Shown piece after piece: positions 61,186-64,000 of a stretch of DNA of 64,000 nt. The notes under the pieces were generated by a model, which saw nothing but the letters and a program-made list of their open reading frames with translations, was not told the DNA's origin and did no database searches. The DNA comes from Bacteroidales bacterium (lineage in GTDB: Bacteria; Bacteroidota; Bacteroidia; Bacteroidales; CAIWKO01), in the NCBI GenBank assembly GCA_023228145.1, contig JALOBU010000001.1, forward strand, positions 9,463 through 73,462, given 5' to 3'. Position 1 is the stretch's first letter, and each line of letters begins with the position of its first letter. The position numbers and the translations under genes were made by a program.

Positions 61186-64000
61186 ATGAATATTTTTAAA
61201 TCCTTTTTAACTGCTGTACTTACCGTACTGGTATTAAACAGCTTCGCACAGGTTGAAATAAAACTGAATACTTCCAAAAGCGAATTCCGTGTTCTGGAAT
61301 CCAGCCCATACAAAATAAAAGCAAAAGCAAGTGTTGACAAAATAAAGACGATGCCTGTGTCCACGGTGGAAGGCACCTTTATTGAACTTGGATTAAATGG
61401 CTTCTCAAAGATATACGATGCCGGCAAGCCACAGCTTCCTGTTTACAACAAGCTGATAGAAATTCCCTATGGCGCTGAAGTAAAAATCAATATCATCAGC
61501 TACACGGAACAGAATATCCAACTCAGCAGCACAGGTATAGTAAATAAACTTATGCCGGCCCAGCCTTCTGTTTCAAAAAGTGCCGACCCTTCTGAAATCC
61601 CTTTCTATTATGACAGGATTTTATATCAGACAAATGCCTTCACACAGGCCGAAATGGTAACCGTAACACAGACAGGCACCATGCGCGGTGTGCAGGTAGG
61701 CAACCTTACGGTAGCGCCTTTCCGTTACAACCCCGTAACAAATACTCTGAAAGTCTACAACGACCTTGTTTTTGAAGTGGTGTTCAAACATCCCGACATT
61801 GCGCTTACCGAGCAGATGAAAGAAAAATATTATTCCCCTTATTTTGAATCATCATTAGGGACACTGATTAATTACACACCGCCTGCTGCCAAAGATGAAA
61901 TAACTCAATATCCGGTAAAATATGTAATCATTGCTTACTCCTCTACAAGCCTTAACTTACAGACCGCTCTGCAACCTTTTGTTTACTGGAAACGCCAGAA
62001 AGGATTTAATGTTATTGAGCAATATTATTCTTCTGTTCCATCCACAACCACCATTAAAACGTATTTACAGGGGCTTTATGATGCCGCAACCCCTACTGAT
62101 CCGGCACCAACATTTGTGTTACTGGTTGGTGATGTAGGTCAGATACCCACTTACACCGGTATTGCCGACAATGCCCATAAAACCGACCTGTATTACTTTA
62201 CTATGGACGGGACCAGTGATTATCTTGCCGATATGTATTACGGACGTTTTAGTGCTACATCTACTACTCATGTTAACAACCAAGTGAACAAAACATTGCA
62301 GTATGAAAAATACACCATGCCCAAAAAAACATACATGGATACCGTCGTCATGGTAGCTGGCTATGATAGTTATGGCAATGACGCCACATATGGAAACGGA
62401 CAAATAAATTATGGCACAAATAATTATTTTAATGCATCCCATGGCATGTATACATATACTTTTCTAGACCCTAATAATACAGAGGCGATTGCGGGAGCAA
62501 ATATGAGAGCCGCAATTTATAAAGGCGTGGGTTATGCAAACTATACGGCGCATTGCAGTTCAGGCGGCTGGGGTACACCAGAATTTTCCACATCTCAGAT
62601 AGCCAATATGTACAATGCCGATAAATACGGTCTGTTGGTAGGCAACTGCTGCCAGTCGAATACTTTTAACGATACAGAGTGCTTTGGTGAGGCACTTCTA
62701 CGTGCATATTCCAACAAAGGAGCTGTAGGTTACATTGGAGCCTCAGATTATTCTTATTGGGATGAAGATTATTACTGGGGCGTTGGGGCACGTTCAAGCA
62801 TACAGGTAAATCCAACCTATGATGCCAACAACCTTGGTTCGTACGACTGCATGTTTCATGAACATGGCGAAGCCAAAACAAAATGGTTTGTCACCAACGA
62901 CCAGATGCGTATTGCCGGCTTGCTTGCTGTGGAAGCCAGCAGCTCAACAATGAAAAAATATTACTGGGAAGAATACCACCTGATGGGCGACCCTTCTGTG
63001 ATGAATTATTTTTCTGTCCCCGATCCGCTAACAGTAAATTATACCAATCCGCAGAATGTTGGAATTAATTCTCTTGTGGTTAATACCGAAGAAGATGCTT
63101 ATGTTGCCATATCGCACAATGGCGTTTTGTACGATGCCGAACTGGCACTGGCTGGAGGAGTGGTAACGCTGAATTTTGCTGCAATAACTTCTCCCGACAC
63201 ACTCGACGTTGTTGTCACAAAGCAAAACAAACAGCCTTTTATCGGCACCCTGCGCATCATGGCCGCCAGCATTCCGCTTGACGCCGAAATGGTAAGCATC
63301 AACACTCCTGAAGCTACATACAGCTGCAGCGGTTTTTCAGTAGCCCCCGAAGTTACGGTACGCAACATGGGTACCACTACCCTCACCAGTTTCAACATAA
63401 CTTATTCCATCAATGGAAATACACAGCCGGTTTATAACTGGAACGGCTCCCTGGCCAGCATGGCAAGTGTTAATATTACACTTCCCCAGATTAATATTCC
63501 GGAAGGCAGCAGCAACACATTTACAGCAACTACTTCCCAGCCCAACGGCTCTACCGACCAGAATGCTGCCAACGACAGCAAGACCTTAAATTTCAGTGCT
63601 GTTACTGTGCCGGTGAGCAGCGATTTCAGTGTGGACACACGTGATTTCTGTGATGCGCCGGGAACGGTGAATTTTACCAACACCAGCCAGAATGCTGCAA
63701 GCTACAGCTGGGATTTCGGCGACGGCGGCAACAGCACCGATGCCAACCCCTCGCATACTTACACCGAACTTGGCACATATACGATAACCCTTGTTGCCGA
63801 TGCGGGCATCTGCGGTAGCGATACGGAAATTAAAACGGCTTTTATCAATGTAGGCGCTCCCATGCCTTTGGTGTATGATGATTCACGCTGTGGCCCGGGA
63901 AGCGTAACACTCACCGCCAGCGGCAGCGGCACATTGAACTGGTATGATGCCATCAGCGGAGGCAGCCTGCTCACCACCGGCACTACCTATGTAACTCCCA
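61186..64000 (+). CDS. C25-family (gingipain-like) cysteine peptidase with Ig/PKD modules; 3' end outside the window
   Basis: Not in the ORF track because it has no stop in the window. My translation of frame 1 is open from ATG 61186 to 64000: MNIFKSFLTAVLTVLVLNSFAQ (signal), a propeptide-like GKPQLPVYNKLIEIP, then LLVGDVGQIPTY...HKTDLYY...YYGRF, YTAHCSSGGW (His codon 62551) and VGNCCQSN (Cys codons 62647-62652). Later comes the PKD-like WDFGDGGNSTDANPSHTYTELGTYTITL. Confidence 0.85.
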   Translation, partial: MNIFKSFLTAVLTVLVLNSFAQVEIKLNTSKSEFRVLESSPYKIKAKASVDKIKTMPVSTVEGTFIELGLNGFSKIYDAGKPQLPVYNKLIEIPYGAEVKINIISYTEQNIQLSSTGIVNKLMPAQPSVSKSADPSEIPFYYDRILYQTNAFTQAEMVTVTQTGTMRGVQVGNLTVAPFRYNPVTNTLKVYNDLVFEVVFKHPDIALTEQMKEKYYSPYFESSLGTLINYTPPAAKDEITQYPVKYVIIAYSSTSLNLQTALQPFVYWKRQKGFNVIEQYYSSVPSTTTIKTYLQGLYDAATPTDPAPTFVLLVGDVGQIPTYTGIADNAHKTDLYYFTMDGTSDYLADMYYGRFSATSTTHVNNQVNKTLQYEKYTMPKKTYMDTVVMVAGYDSYGNDATYGNGQINYGTNNYFNASHGMYTYTFLDPNNTEAIAGANMRAAIYKGVGYANYTAHCSSGGWGTPEFSTSQIANMYNADKYGLLVGNCCQSNTFNDTECFGEALLRAYSNKGAVGYIGASDYSYWDEDYYWGVGARSSIQVNPTYDANNLGSYDCMFHEHGEAKTKWFVTNDQMRIAGLLAVEASSSTMKKYYWEEYHLMGDPSVMNYFSVPDPLTVNYTNPQNVGINSLVVNTEEDAYVAISHNGVLYDAELALAGGVVTLNFAAITSPDTLDVVVTKQNKQPFIGTLRIMAASIPLDAEMVSINTPEATYSCSGFSVAPEVTVRNMGTTTLTSFNITYSINGNTQPVYNWNGSLASMASVNITLPQINIPEGSSNTFTATTSQPNGSTDQNAANDSKTLNFSAVTVPVSSDFSVDTRDFCDAPGTVNFTNTSQNAASYSWDFGDGGNSTDANPSHTYTELGTYTITLVADAGICGSDTEIKTAFINVGAPMPLVYDDSRCGPGSVTLTASGSGTLNWYDAISGGSLLTTGTTYVTP

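Noticed and set aside
1-64000. Search for CRISPR arrays, tRNA/rRNA genes, IS elements, integrases, reverse transcriptases and known defence-system signatures
   Set aside because: I saw no regularly spaced direct repeats, no tRNA T-arm-like GGTTCGAATCC-type motifs in the spacers, and no transposase, integrase or RT motifs in any ORF. All intergenic spacers are 330 nt or shorter. This was done by eye only, so a tRNAscan, Infernal and defence-finder run is still advisable.

Overview
AT-rich, densely coding chromosomal segment that looks like Bacteroidota. The supporting signs are T9SS C-terminal sorting domains of both type A and type B, recurrent TAnnTTTG -7 promoter boxes, a long-form YidC, and many lipoproteins. 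I call about 58 protein genes, and most are housekeeping. They include pepD (5' truncated by the window edge), xth, acpP-fabF-rnc, dut, purD, rdgB, yceD-rpmF-fabH, amn, holA, hemW, rfbA, pyrH-frr, rplM-rpsI-rpsB-tsf and yidC. Envelope and secretion genes are interspersed among them: four T9SS cargo candidates (two type-B CTD adhesin-like proteins, an S8 subtilase, and a C25 gingipain-like protease that runs off the 3' end), a TonB-dependent receptor, an 1866-aa thioester-containing alpha-2-macroglobulin, two tandem FKBP isomerases and an ACE-like M2 peptidase. I found no rRNA, tRNA, CRISPR array, transposase, integrase or recognisable defence system. The most unusual region is nt 1.9-11.5 kb. 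There an ECF sigma factor, a zinc-finger (ZAS) anti-sigma factor and a UmuC-type Y-family polymerase form overlapping cistrons. An AP endonuclease (xth), an SRAP/YedK-type AP-site protein and a separated umuD are clustered around them. umuD is instead attached to the end of the acpP-fabF-rnc-ClC gene string. A second concrete anomaly is rnc. Its catalytic-motif-containing reading frame has no start codon, and its likely ATG lies in another frame inside the fabF 3' end, so a 1-nt frame change is needed. All product calls come from motif recognition by eye. No database search was run.
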